A stretch of 63,918 bases of DNA, the filler included, from Limisphaerales bacterium (GTDB lineage: Bacteria > Verrucomicrobiota > Verrucomicrobiia > Limisphaerales > SIBE01): assembly GCA_044225505.1 (NCBI GenBank). It is 4 parts of 4 records of this genome, joined end to end, with 100 filler letters (N's around TTAATTAATTAA, not from the genome) between each part and the next. Parts side by side here need not be neighbours in the genome. Positions count along the whole stretch, not along the records: positions 34,652 to 51,821 come from JBGAIN010000175.1; positions 51,922 to 63,918 come from JBGAIN010000212.1; 2 more parts are not named here. One strand, given 5' to 3'. The number at the start of each line of letters is the position of its first letter. The stretch's first letter is position 1. The notes beneath the pieces were generated by a model. The model was not told where the DNA came from and made no database searches. It saw nothing but the letters and a program-made list of their open reading frames with translations. Positions 49,932 through 59,869 of the stretch are shown one piece after another. The position numbers and the translations under genes were made by a program.

Positions 49932-51821
49932 ATGGCAGAAATGCGCCTTTCCGTCACAGCTCGAGTGGTGTTCCTGCGCTCGGCCCGCATGGGTGTGGTC
50001 GTGCTTCTTGTCGGGATCATCCATTCTCAAGCGCGCTGGTCGGAGGCCAAACACCGTCTACCGATCTCGCTACGCCAAGCGTTGAGGTTCTTTCCCTTGG
50101 GGCATCGAGTGCAATTGAAAGATCCAGAACGTGGCACCTATCTCGTGAGCGACGCCAAAGGCACTCCGGTTGGCACATTGCTGCGCACTTCGCCCTTCAC
50201 GGATCGCATCGTCGGATACGCAGGCCCCAATGATGTCCTAATTGCGTTGGATGAAAAGGGAGCCGTTCGTGGTCTCGAGATTCTTCGATCTGGTGATACT
50301 CCCGAGCACGTGCGTCAAGTGCGGGAGGCTCCTGGATTTCTCCGGCGCTTCCTGGGGTGGAGCCCAAGTTCCTCCTTGCCCCCGCGGGTCGATGGCGTCG
50401 CAGGCGCGACTCTGACAAGTTTGGCCGTCGCTGAAAGTATCGCCCAACGACTCGAAGGTGCCTCCCCCTCCTTACGCTTCCCTGATCCGTTGCGGTTGTC
50501 CGAAATTCAAGGTCTATTCACCAATGCTTCCCGCTTCGTTCAAGAGGGATCGCGGTGGCGTGTTTTGGATGATCGTCAGAAAACCCTAGGCTTTGTTGTC
50601 CGGACTTCGCCGCAATCCGACAACGTCTCTGGCTATCGTGGCCCGTCGGACTCGTTGCTGGCGTTTGGTCCAGACGGCCAAAAGGTTCAGGCGGGTTCAA
50701 TTTTAAGGAGCTATGACACCGATTCCTACGTCGACCAGATCCGTCGCGCGGACGGATTGTCGAAGCGATGGACAGGCAAAAGTGCGGCGGAGTTGGAGCA
50801 TTTGGAGTTTCCGAGGGATCGTATCGATGGCGTTAGCGGTGCAACGCTGACCGCCCGCGCACTCGTGGAAGGCATTCATCGCAGGTTCGAATTTGAAAAC
50901 CTCCACGGAAAGATTCTGCAGAGTTGGCGCCCTCAGGGGCGTGATCTCCTCCTGACCGCTGTCGTTGCCGGAGCTCTTTTCCTAAGCTTCACGTCCTTGC
51001 GCGGGTTTAGCTGGCTCCGGATGGGATGGCAACTCCTGCTCGTTGGCTATGTTGGCCTCATCAACTGTGATTTCGTGTCGCTGGCTCTATTGGGAGGTTG
51101 GTCCACCGGGAGTGTCGCCCTGAAGACGGCGCCAGGGCTAGTCCTGCTCGTGGTCGCGTCGTTGATCGTTCCGTGGGGTGCACGTCGGCAGGTGTATTGT
51201 CACCAGATTTGTCCCCATGGCGCCGCGCAGCAGTTGCTAGGTCGCTTCGCAGGCTGGCTGCGGGGAAGTCGAACGGCACGCGCGTCGGCCAAGCCCCGCG
51301 TCGATTTGAGCGATTCGAAAGGCTGGCTTCCGCCGACGGTGAAGATACTGGAATTTGTCCCCGGGGTGCTGCTCGTAGTCGCTATCCTTGCACTCTTACT
51401 CGAGTGGAACTTTAGCCTTGCAGCGCTGGAACCTTTCGATGCTTGGGCTTGGCAAACAGCACAATGGCTAACCTTAGCCTTAGCTGCGTGCGGAATGATC
51501 GCAGCGCTGTTTGTTCCCCAGGCATACTGCCGGTTTGGTTGTCCAACGGGCGCCTTGCTGAGCTTCGTCCGATCGTCCGGTTCGAGCGATCACTGGCGTC
51601 TCCGAGATACGACAGCCACGGTTCTGCTGGTATGTGCAGTCGGCATTCTGGCGCGGACACGCGTCTGGCCCAGCCCTGAGTTGGAATCGCCTCCGTTGGA
51701 ACTTCGAGGCAACGCGCTGGGATTGCCATGGATTGCTAAGGTCCGCGATGAAGTAGCTGATCCCTGGGCTCTGCAGCGGGCCATCGACAAAGAGTTGGAC
51801 TGGGCCGAATCGATGACGGCA
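49932..51821 (+). CDS. NosR/RnfG-like membrane protein: 2 FMN-binding domains, 4Fe-4S motifs, start of an ApbE-like domain (3'-truncated)
   Basis: GYAGP/GYRGP, DGVAGATLTS, DGVSGATLTA, CHQICPHG, CRFGCPTG; ends LRGNALGLPWIAKV..LQRAIDKEL at the gap. Confidence 0.85.
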
Positions 51822-51921
51822 NNNNNNNNNNNNNNNNNNNNNNNNNNNNNNNNNNNNNNNNNNNNTTAATTAATTAANNNNNNNNNNNNNNNNNNNNNNN
51901 NNNNNNNNNNNNNNNNNNNNN
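51822..51921. other. Artificial contig linker
   Basis: N run with TTAATTAATTAA. Confidence 0.99.
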
Positions 51922-53180
51922 TCGAGCAAGAACTGATCGTAAGGCTTGTCCGTGTTGAACGCGCGGATCACGTAGTCCCGGTATCGCCAGGCAAAGGGTC
52001 GCGGGAGATGCTGCTCCCGACGTCCCTCACAGTCCGCGTATCCCGCGACGTCCAGCCAATGTCGCCCCCAGCGTTCTCCATAGCGCGGGGAAGCCAAGAG
52101 TCGATCGATCAGACGTTCGTAGGCGTCAGGATGGAAATCCACGAGAAAGGCTTCTATGTCAGTCGGTTCGGGAGGCAACCCCGTGAGATCAAACGACGCC
52201 CGTCGTATCAGGGTCAATCGATCAGCCGACGGCGACAATGACAACCCCTTCGCCTCGAGTTGCTGAAGCACAAACGCATCGACAGGATTGATAACCAACT
52301 CCCGGTGTGTGGGCTTCGGCAGCGGAGGCACATGCGGCGTTTGAAACGCCCAAAAGGCACGATCTTCCTTGCTCGTGGCCTCTCCCAAAAAGCTCGGTGT
52401 TGACGAATCGGCTCCAACTTCCGGCGCCCCCAGTTCAATCCAACGGGTCAGCGTCCGAACCTCTTCGGGTTCCATCGGTTTGACCATGACCTCCACCAAG
52501 CTTTTCCTGGGCGGCATTTCCTCGGCTTGAATCCGTTTGAGCATCAGGCTCTGGCTGGGATTGCCTGGAACGAACGCTGGGCCAGATTTACCACCTTTCC
52601 TCATGCTCGTGGACGTTCGCAGGTCCAAGCCCCCTTCCCTTCTCTGCGTGCCATGGCACACGGTGCAGCGGAGCAAAAGGATCGGGATAACATCGTGCTG
52701 CGTCACCTCGGGTTTCGCACTTGTTGCCCCGTCGTCAAAAGCCGCGCCCGTTTCGATCCACTCGCGGATCGCTTGCACCTCCGCGTCAGTAAGTGGGGTA
52801 TTCTTTTGCTTCGGCGGCATCTCCTTTTCGTGAACCATTTGGTAGAGCAGGCTCTCGTCCGGCTTGCCAGGGACGACGACGCGGCCAGATTCGCCACCCT
52901 GACGGATCCCCACGGCATCATGGAGGTCGAGGTTGGCTTTTCGGACAGCTTTCCCGTGACACCCCCCACACTTCGTCTCCAGCAACGGCTGAATCGTCGA
53001 GGCAAAACCGGAATCTGTCGCCGCCACGGCCGCCCAAGGAAAGACCGAGCCAAGAAAAAAAAACACGGCGCCCAAGAACGACGCAGTCCCACCCGTGCGA
53101 ACGCTTAGAAGCGTCCCCAAGTCAAAGCCCGAGCCCTTTCTTAAGATGTTGAAAGGCGGCGCCACGGTCGCAGTATTCAA
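51922..53180 (-). CDS. Planctomycete cytochrome c (x2) plus DUF1549 protein, 3'-truncated
   Basis: CGGCH and CTVCH, each with ..[46 protein letters not shown]. Start is uncertain. Confidence 0.9.
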
Positions 53181-53319
53181 ACAGGTCTGGACGAAGGTTC
53201 AAGACCGAAGGCAAGAGCTCTGAGAGGCGCGCTATGTCGGCGCCGTCCGAGAATCCTCCTGGTCGCCGCCTCCGAACTAAACTTGCCCCCCGTCGGGGCC
53301 TACTTCTAAGCTTTGCCGA

Positions 53320-55719
53320 ATGCCGAAAGACCGCAGGCCATCTCGAATCGACGACTCGCAGCCAGCCCCGGCGCGCAAGCGGAAACTCGGCGTCTGGGCA
53401 ATGGCTATGGTTGTGCTCGGCGCGGTCGCGATTTGGGGCTGGATAGGCTCGCGCGCCGTTCGCCCCGAGCGGGAGTCAACAAACGGTGTCCGGTCTTCAT
53501 CGGATCAAAATAGATTTCGCTTGGAAGACGAAAAAGCCGTCTTCAAAACCTATGCGGGTTCGAGCGCCTGCCGCGATTGCCACAAAGAGGCTTATAAGCT
53601 TTGGGAAGATTCCCACCACGGCCAGGCGGAGCGCTCACCACGGGCGGATTGGGATCAATCGGCCTTTGACCCACCTCAGACTTTTCGCCATGGAACACAA
53701 CAGTCATCCGCCTCCTGGACTAACGGGAAGCCTCATCTCGCCAGTTTAGGGTTGTCCGGCCAACGAGAAACACACGCGGTCGAACGAGTGATCGGGCACA
53801 GCCCGCTTCGTCAGTTTTTGGTGGCGGCGGGAGAAGGAAGGTTGCAATCGCTCGAGGCTGCGTTTGATCCGAAGGCGCACGTTTGGTTTAACGTCTACGG
53901 GGATGAAGATCGACGCCCAGGCGAGTGGGGTCATTGGACTGGCCGCGGCATGAACTGGAACGCGATGTGCGCCAGCTGCCATAATACCCGACTCCGCAAG
54001 AACTACGATGCTGCCGCCGACAGCTATCGCACAGCGATGGCCGAACGGAGCGTCGGTTGCGAGGCCTGCCATGGCCCCTCCAAAGAGCATGTGGATTGGC
54101 AAGCGCAGTACGGACGATCCGGTCGCCACGATCCAACGGTGGCGAAGTTATCGCCGCAACAGCGTATCGATAGCTGCGGATTTTGCCACGCACGCCGCAA
54201 TGATCTCACTGGCGACTTCAAACCGGGCGACCTGTTCCTAGACCACCAAGATCTGGTAATTCTCGACCACACCGATCGCTACTACCCAGATGGCCAAGTT
54301 CACGACGAAGACTACGAATACGCGTCGTTTCTAAGCAGCCGCATGCACGCCCGAGGAGTCACTTGCGGCGACTGTCACGAGCCTCACTCGGCAAAGCCCG
54401 TCCTGCCTGGGAATTGGTTATGCATGAAGTGCCACAACGGCAGCTACGCCAATGCCCCAGTCATCGCACCGGTCGCGCATAGTCATCACAAAGTGTTCGG
54501 ATATAACTCCGCCGGAGTCGTAACGAACTCAGATCTGCTCGCCTATAACCCGACGGCCATCCGAGAAACGGGAGGCGAATGCGTGAACTGCCACATGCCA
54601 CAGACCACCTACATGCAGCGCCACCGACGCCACGACCATGGGTTCACGATTCCAGACCCGGCCCTGACTCAAGAACTCGGGATTCCCAACGCCTGTAATC
54701 GTTGTCACCAGGACAAGGGCACGGCCTGGGCCATGCAGGCTGTCGAACGGTGGTACGGACCCAAAATGGTTCGTCCCAGCCGAAACCGAGCGCGCGTCAT
54801 TGCCCAGGCGCGAAACGCCGCATCGGCAAGCCCAACGAACCTGCTCCAGCTTATTAAACACGAAGAAATCCCTTACTGGCGAGCGGTTGCTTTGGGACTT
54901 TTGGGAAGTTGGGCCGAGGATAGCTCCGTCCGGCAAGCCTTGCTACAACATCTCCATGACACGAATGCCTTGGTTCGAGCTGCTTGCGTTCGGTCCCTGG
55001 AGGGTTTGGCGAATGGTGGGACGCCGATTGCCGACCTTCTTCGACCAATGCTTGATGACCCCGTTCGCGATGTGAGAATCAGCGCAGCTTGGGCTCTGCG
55101 GTCAACTCTTTCGCCGGAAACGCAAGCCGCCGCCGAACTCCAACACACTCTTGACCTTAACGCGGATCAGCCGACAGGACAGTGGCAGCGCGGCATTTAC
55201 CATTATAGCCGCGGCGAGTTCGATATCGCCGTCGGACACTTTAAGAAAGCGGTGGCGTGGGATCCCGGTTCGCCCCCGTTCCGCCATGAACTAGCCATCG
55301 CCCTCAGCACACTGGGCCGTTCCCGCGAAGCGCTTGAACAACTCCAAGCCGCGTGCCAACTGGAACCACTCGACGCCGAAACCCATTTTAAGCTCGCCTT
55401 GGCTTATAATGAGACTGGAGATCTCCATCACACCGTCAGTGAACTCAAAGAAACCGTCCGATTGCAGCCTCGCCACGCCCGGGCGTGGTATAACCTGGGA
55501 CTCGCCCAAAACGAACTAGGGGATGCCACGACCGCCGTCGAAACGCTCCTTCGCGCCGAGAGTATCGATGCTTCCGATCCGCAAATCCCATTCGCCCGCG
55601 CTTCTGTCCTCGTCCGCTTGACGCGCCATAGCGAGGCGAAACAGGCCACTTTAAGAGCCCTTGAGCTCCGTCCAAACTATCCTGAGGCGCGTCAGTTGTT
55701 AAACCAGTTGCCGCGCTGA
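53320..55719 (+). CDS. Multiheme cytochrome c (8 CxxCH) with HEAT and TPR repeats
   Basis: CRDCH, CASCH, CEACH, CGFCH, CGDCH, CMKCH, CVNCH, CNRCH; N-terminal TM; HEAT (DPVRDVRISAA) and TPRs (AWYNLG). Confidence 0.92.
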   Translation: MPKDRRPSRIDDSQPAPARKRKLGVWAMAMVVLGAVAIWGWIGSRAVRPERESTNGVRSSSDQNRFRLEDEKAVFKTYAGSSACRDCHKEAYKLWEDSHHGQAERSPRADWDQSAFDPPQTFRHGTQQSSASWTNGKPHLASLGLSGQRETHAVERVIGHSPLRQFLVAAGEGRLQSLEAAFDPKAHVWFNVYGDEDRRPGEWGHWTGRGMNWNAMCASCHNTRLRKNYDAAADSYRTAMAERSVGCEACHGPSKEHVDWQAQYGRSGRHDPTVAKLSPQQRIDSCGFCHARRNDLTGDFKPGDLFLDHQDLVILDHTDRYYPDGQVHDEDYEYASFLSSRMHARGVTCGDCHEPHSAKPVLPGNWLCMKCHNGSYANAPVIAPVAHSHHKVFGYNSAGVVTNSDLLAYNPTAIRETGGECVNCHMPQTTYMQRHRRHDHGFTIPDPALTQELGIPNACNRCHQDKGTAWAMQAVERWYGPKMVRPSRNRARVIAQARNAASASPTNLLQLIKHEEIPYWRAVALGLLGSWAEDSSVRQALLQHLHDTNALVRAACVRSLEGLANGGTPIADLLRPMLDDPVRDVRISAAWALRSTLSPETQAAAELQHTLDLNADQPTGQWQRGIYHYSRGEFDIAVGHFKKAVAWDPGSPPFRHELAIALSTLGRSREALEQLQAACQLEPLDAETHFKLALAYNETGDLHHTVSELKETVRLQPRHARAWYNLGLAQNELGDATTAVETLLRAESIDASDPQIPFARASVLVRLTRHSEAKQATLRALELRPNYPEARQLLNQLPR

Positions 55720-55885
55720 AACCACGTTTGGCAGCATCGCCGTGGACCCAGCGCAGAATAAAACCAAAATCGATCGTTGACGACTGCCTGGAAAGGCGCA
55801 GGATTAGGACATAGTACCCGACTCTAAACCAGTTCTCTCTCTGCCGTGGAGGGTCCGCAACGCAAGGAACCGTCTGGACCGTTCG

Positions 55886-56431
55886 TTGCGGAAAGGGCTT
55901 TCTTACCTGTTGTGCGTCGCCAGCGTTGGGGTAACGGCAAGCTTCTGCGGGTGCGGTTTGCTTGGTCCCTTGGTTAACACGGCAGTTCCTGTAGCCGGAG
56001 CCAAGATGATGTTTGCTTGTATCCCGGCACGGACGCAAGTGGACACTCCGCTCGGCCCGAAGCCGATTGAAGACTTCCTTGCAGGCGATACGGTGATCGG
56101 CTTTACCGGTAAGCCGGTCCGAATCTTACAGAAACACGCCTACCTCGAAGATCCCCAAACGCAGTTTCTGCAGGTTAGTTTTGAAGGTGGGTCTACCCTC
56201 GCTCTCTGCGGCATGCATCGCATTGCTGGAGTTCGAGCGCAGTCCATTCAGGTCGGACAGACGATAGCCCATCGTAAAGTAGTGCGGATCGAACGGAGCG
56301 CCGGATACACCCAATCTTTCGACCTCCTGACCGAGGACCCGGGTTACCAAATCCAAGGAATCCCCGTTAACAGCATGATCGCGGAAATGCAGGAAACTGC
56401 CGTCTCGCGGTTGCGCACGGTTCGTCCCTGA
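55886..56431 (+). CDS. Lipoprotein with a stand-alone Hint (intein-like) domain
   Basis: Lipobox-like ASFCGC; Hint block A CIPARTQVDTPLGPKPIEDFLAGDTV, block B CGMH, blocks F/G SFDLLTE..GIPVN-S. Confidence 0.8.
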   Translation: MRKGLSYLLCVASVGVTASFCGCGLLGPLVNTAVPVAGAKMMFACIPARTQVDTPLGPKPIEDFLAGDTVIGFTGKPVRILQKHAYLEDPQTQFLQVSFEGGSTLALCGMHRIAGVRAQSIQVGQTIAHRKVVRIERSAGYTQSFDLLTEDPGYQIQGIPVNSMIAEMQETAVSRLRTVRP

Positions 56432-57062
56432 TTTCAATGCGAGTCATGGAACCCGTTTGATTGGCTTCCTATAAGTCAGGGTGCCTCAGCAACGCGCTGC
56501 CGCTTTGCCGGCTTGAATGAGCGCAAATCGCCAGATCACCAACGGCTCGGTGACTGCAACAACCTCCGTGCCGGTAGTGGAGTCGGCCTCATGCCGAGCA
56601 ACTCAGGGCCAGACTCACAGGTGAGTACGCCCCCCTTCTCTCTGGGAGACCGAGACGCTGTCTAGAATGAGAGTCCGCAAGCCTGGGCTTCGAATCCAAG
56701 GATCCAGGGTAAACACGTTGAGCAGCGCCTGCGGTCATTCGAGGCAAGGCCGGTGCAAGGCCGGTCCGTGAGCGGCTTTGCACCGCGGTTGTCCGGGCGT
56801 TGCATCGTGGTTGCTCCGGATCAGGCGGGCACTCCGCTCCTCGCACTTTCACTCAACCTCTGACGCTTCGTTCAGCAACTGCTGATCGTCCGAGGTTCGG
56901 CCTAGCTCCGAGCCAAAGGGAAACATCAACGTGAACGCCGGCAGAGCCGCAGCTTTGATCGCGAAAGCCCTCCCTTAACCAGGATGCAAGAGGCCAGCGC
57001 AATCCAAACCGTGTCCCTTTTCCTTCATTCCCACCAACCAGATCGTCCTCGGGTCCGCCGGA

Positions 57063-57434
57063 TCACGCCGCTCCTTCGGTTTCCCCGCCACGCCCTGGGG
57101 AACCCACGCCCGTGAAGCCACCAACCTTGCGCTCCGCTCGGGCAATCAACTGGAGCAGCCCTGGAAAATGCCGATTCAGTTCCTCGCGTCGTAACGAGGT
57201 CATGCATTTGGTTCCCTCGACTTCGGTATAAATGATTCCAGCTTCACGCAGGACATCGAAATGGTGGGACCGAGTCGCTTTCGAAATGCTTAAGCGCACC
57301 TCGTTGCAGGCCAAGGCTCGGCCCTTCGCGCCGAGCAGCTCTTTCACGATCGCAATCCGGCACGGGTCCGATAAGGCTTGCAGAACCGCATGCAGCGGCA
57401 CGTTGCGCAACGCCGGATGAGAGTAGGACTTCAT
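57063..57434 (-). CDS. ArsR/SmtB family transcriptional regulator
   Basis: VLQALSDPCRIAIV, SKATRSHHFDVLREAGII; divergent from the reductase genes. Confidence 0.9.
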   Translation of the reverse strand: MKSYSHPALRNVPLHAVLQALSDPCRIAIVKELLGAKGRALACNEVRLSISKATRSHHFDVLREAGIIYTEVEGTKCMTSLRREELNRHFPGLLQLIARAERKVGGFTGVGSPGRGGETEGAA

Positions 57435-57463
57435 GACCATAGGAGGATGCCATCCTTTCCATT

Positions 57464-57532
57464 GTTCGACAATGATCAAACCTTGGCTTTGACAATTCGC
57501 CAGAGTGATCCTAAGTTCGCCTGCCATCGAAC
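57464..57532 (+). promoter_or_regulatory. Sigma-70 promoter with two candidate ArsR operators
   Basis: TTGACA (57489-94)-17 bp-TAAGTT (57512-17); GTTCGA-N6-TCAAAC (57464-81) and GTTCGC-N6-TCGAAC (57515-32). Confidence 0.65.
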
Positions 57533-57583
57533 TACGATCCACCTCGAGGCGGATCACGGTGCGCAACTCAAGCTTTTATTGGT

Positions 57584-58645
57584 ATGATGACGTTATTCGA
57601 CCCAGTCCGTATCGGCGCGTTGGATCTGCCCAACCGAATCATCATGGCTCCTCTCACCCGAGCGCGTGCGGGAGCGGAGCGGGTTCCGAACGCGCTCATG
57701 GCGGAGTATTACCGACAACGCGCTTCGGCCGGGCTCATTATTTCGGAAGCCACGTCGGTAACACCGATGGGCGTCGGCTACGCCAATACCCCGGGCATCT
57801 GGTCTGCCGAACAGGTGGAGGGCTGGAAACTCGTCACCCGAGCGGTGCACCAGGCAGGCGGACGAATTCTCCTGCAGCTCTGGCATGTTGGCCGCATGTC
57901 AGATCCAATGTTCTTGAACGGGGAGCGCCCAGTCGCGCCCAGCGCCATAGCGCCCGCCGGGCACGTCAGCCTCGTTCGCCCGTTGAAATCATTTGTAACG
58001 CCGCGCGCGCTCGCTCTCGAAGAGATTCCTGGGATCGTGGAAGCATACCGTCAAGGGGCGGAAAATGCTCGGACCGCAGGCTTTGATGGAGTTGAGATTC
58101 ACGGTGCGAACGGTTATCTGCTCGATCAGTTCCTCCAGGACAAGACGAATCATCGAACGGACCGTTATGGGGGCTCGGTGGAAAATCGGGCTCGCCTCAT
58201 GTTGGAGGTCACGGACGCCGTCATCTCGGTGTGGGGCGGAGATCGTGTTGGCATGCATCTGGCCCCCCGGGGTGATGCGCATGACATGGGAGATTCGAAT
58301 CCGCTCGCAACATTCGGATACGTTGCTCGGGAACTTGGCAAACGCCGGATTGCTTTTATCTGCGCACGCGAATCTCTCGGCGAGAAACGTATCGGGCCTG
58401 AACTGAAAGCCCTTTTTGCCGGGCGCTACGTAGCCAACGAGAAGTTCAATCTTGAAACCGCGAACCAAGTGCTGGCCGCACGGGAGGCCGATGCTGTGGC
58501 TTTCGGTGTTCCGTTCCTGGCTAATCCTGATCTCCCGGAACGCTTTCGGCGTTCTAGCCCGTTGAATGAACCGGACCCGTCGACCTTTTATGCTTCGGGG
58601 CCGAAAGGGTATACAGATTACCCTGCGCTGTCGGCAAACGTCTGA
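57584..58645 (+). CDS. nemA: Alkene reductase (old yellow enzyme, NemA-like)
   Basis: NRIIMAPLTRAR, QLWHVGR, EIHGANGYLLDQFL, NHRTDRYGGS, GYTDYP. Confidence 0.92.
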   Translation: MMTLFDPVRIGALDLPNRIIMAPLTRARAGAERVPNALMAEYYRQRASAGLIISEATSVTPMGVGYANTPGIWSAEQVEGWKLVTRAVHQAGGRILLQLWHVGRMSDPMFLNGERPVAPSAIAPAGHVSLVRPLKSFVTPRALALEEIPGIVEAYRQGAENARTAGFDGVEIHGANGYLLDQFLQDKTNHRTDRYGGSVENRARLMLEVTDAVISVWGGDRVGMHLAPRGDAHDMGDSNPLATFGYVARELGKRRIAFICARESLGEKRIGPELKALFAGRYVANEKFNLETANQVLAAREADAVAFGVPFLANPDLPERFRRSSPLNEPDPSTFYASGPKGYTDYPALSANV

Positions 58646-58665
58646 ATTTCTAACGGGAAACGACT

Positions 58666-59700
58666 ATGGAATACCGACAACTTGGCGGCTCTGGATTCAA
58701 GGTTCCAGTCTTGACGCTCGGCACCGGGACCTTCGGTGGCAAGGGAGCTCTCTTTTCCTCATGGGGAAACAGCGGAGCGACGGAAGCCAAGCGGCTGATC
58801 GACATCAGCCTGGAAGCTGGACTGACGATGTTTGACAGCGCCGACGTCTATTCAGACGGCTTGGCAGAAGAGATCCTGGGCCAGGCGATTGCAGGCCGCC
58901 GTGACCGTGTGCTCATCTCGACAAAAGCCACATTTCGTCTGGGAGAAGGCCCCAATGATGTCGGTTCGTCGCGGTTTCACTTGATCCGCTCCGTGGAGAA
59001 TGCTCTCAAGCGTTTACGAACGGACTATATCGATCTCTTTCAACTGCACAGTTTCGACGCCGTGACCCCAGTGGAAGAGACCTTAAGCACGCTGAACGAT
59101 CTCGTTCGCGCCGGGAAGATTCGTTACATCGGTTGCTCGAACTTTTCCGGGTGGCACTTAATGAAGTCTCTGGCCACGTCAGATCGTTACGGATGGCCGC
59201 GTTATGTCGCGCACCAAGCGTACTACTCGCTGGTGGGTCGGAGCTATGAATGGGAGTTGATGCCGCTCGGCCTCGATCAAAGGGTTGGCGCCGTCGTCTG
59301 GAGCCCACTCGGTTGGGCACGGTTAACCGGCAAAATCCGGCGCAGCCAGCCGTTGCCACCGGAAAGCCGCTTGCAATCGAAGGTCTCAGTGGATCTTGGG
59401 CCGCCTGTTGATCCCGAATATCTTTATCGAGTCGTGGACGCTCTCGATGCGGTCGCGGCGGAAACTGGCAAATCAGTTCCCCAGATCGCCATCAACTGGC
59501 TGCTTCAACGCCCTACCGTCGCTACCATCGTTATCGGCGCGCGGAACGAAGAGCAGCTGCGTCAAAACCTTGGCGCTATCGGTTGGAATCTGACCCCCGA
59601 ACAGATTTCGCGACTGGACAAAGCCAGCACCATTGAGTGGGCTTATCCTTACTTCCACCAAAGAGGTTTTGCGGAGCGGAATCCGTTCCCGACTGGATAA
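58666..59700 (+). CDS. Aldo/keto reductase
   Basis: FDSADVYSDG, ISTKA, LRTDYIDLFQLH, GKIRYIGCSN, WSPLG. Confidence 0.93.
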   Translation: MEYRQLGGSGFKVPVLTLGTGTFGGKGALFSSWGNSGATEAKRLIDISLEAGLTMFDSADVYSDGLAEEILGQAIAGRRDRVLISTKATFRLGEGPNDVGSSRFHLIRSVENALKRLRTDYIDLFQLHSFDAVTPVEETLSTLNDLVRAGKIRYIGCSNFSGWHLMKSLATSDRYGWPRYVAHQAYYSLVGRSYEWELMPLGLDQRVGAVVWSPLGWARLTGKIRRSQPLPPESRLQSKVSVDLGPPVDPEYLYRVVDALDAVAAETGKSVPQIAINWLLQRPTVATIVIGARNEEQLRQNLGAIGWNLTPEQISRLDKASTIEWAYPYFHQRGFAERNPFPTG

Positions 59701-59869
59701 TAGCCTCGTTACAACCACAGAGGTCCGTGCGACTCCGCCGACTCGGCCACGAAGCAAGTGCGGATTTCCCCGAAGGTCGATCGAGGTTTCTGGCAACGCA
59801 AATGGTGGATGCCATGGCTTCCGAAAACGCGCTCGCCAGCTGGAACAGGGACATGCCACAATCACGCTT

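Noticed and set aside
56432..57062. 630-bp intergenic region as a riboswitch or ncRNA
   Set aside because: No recognisable conserved RNA motif or convincing ORF.
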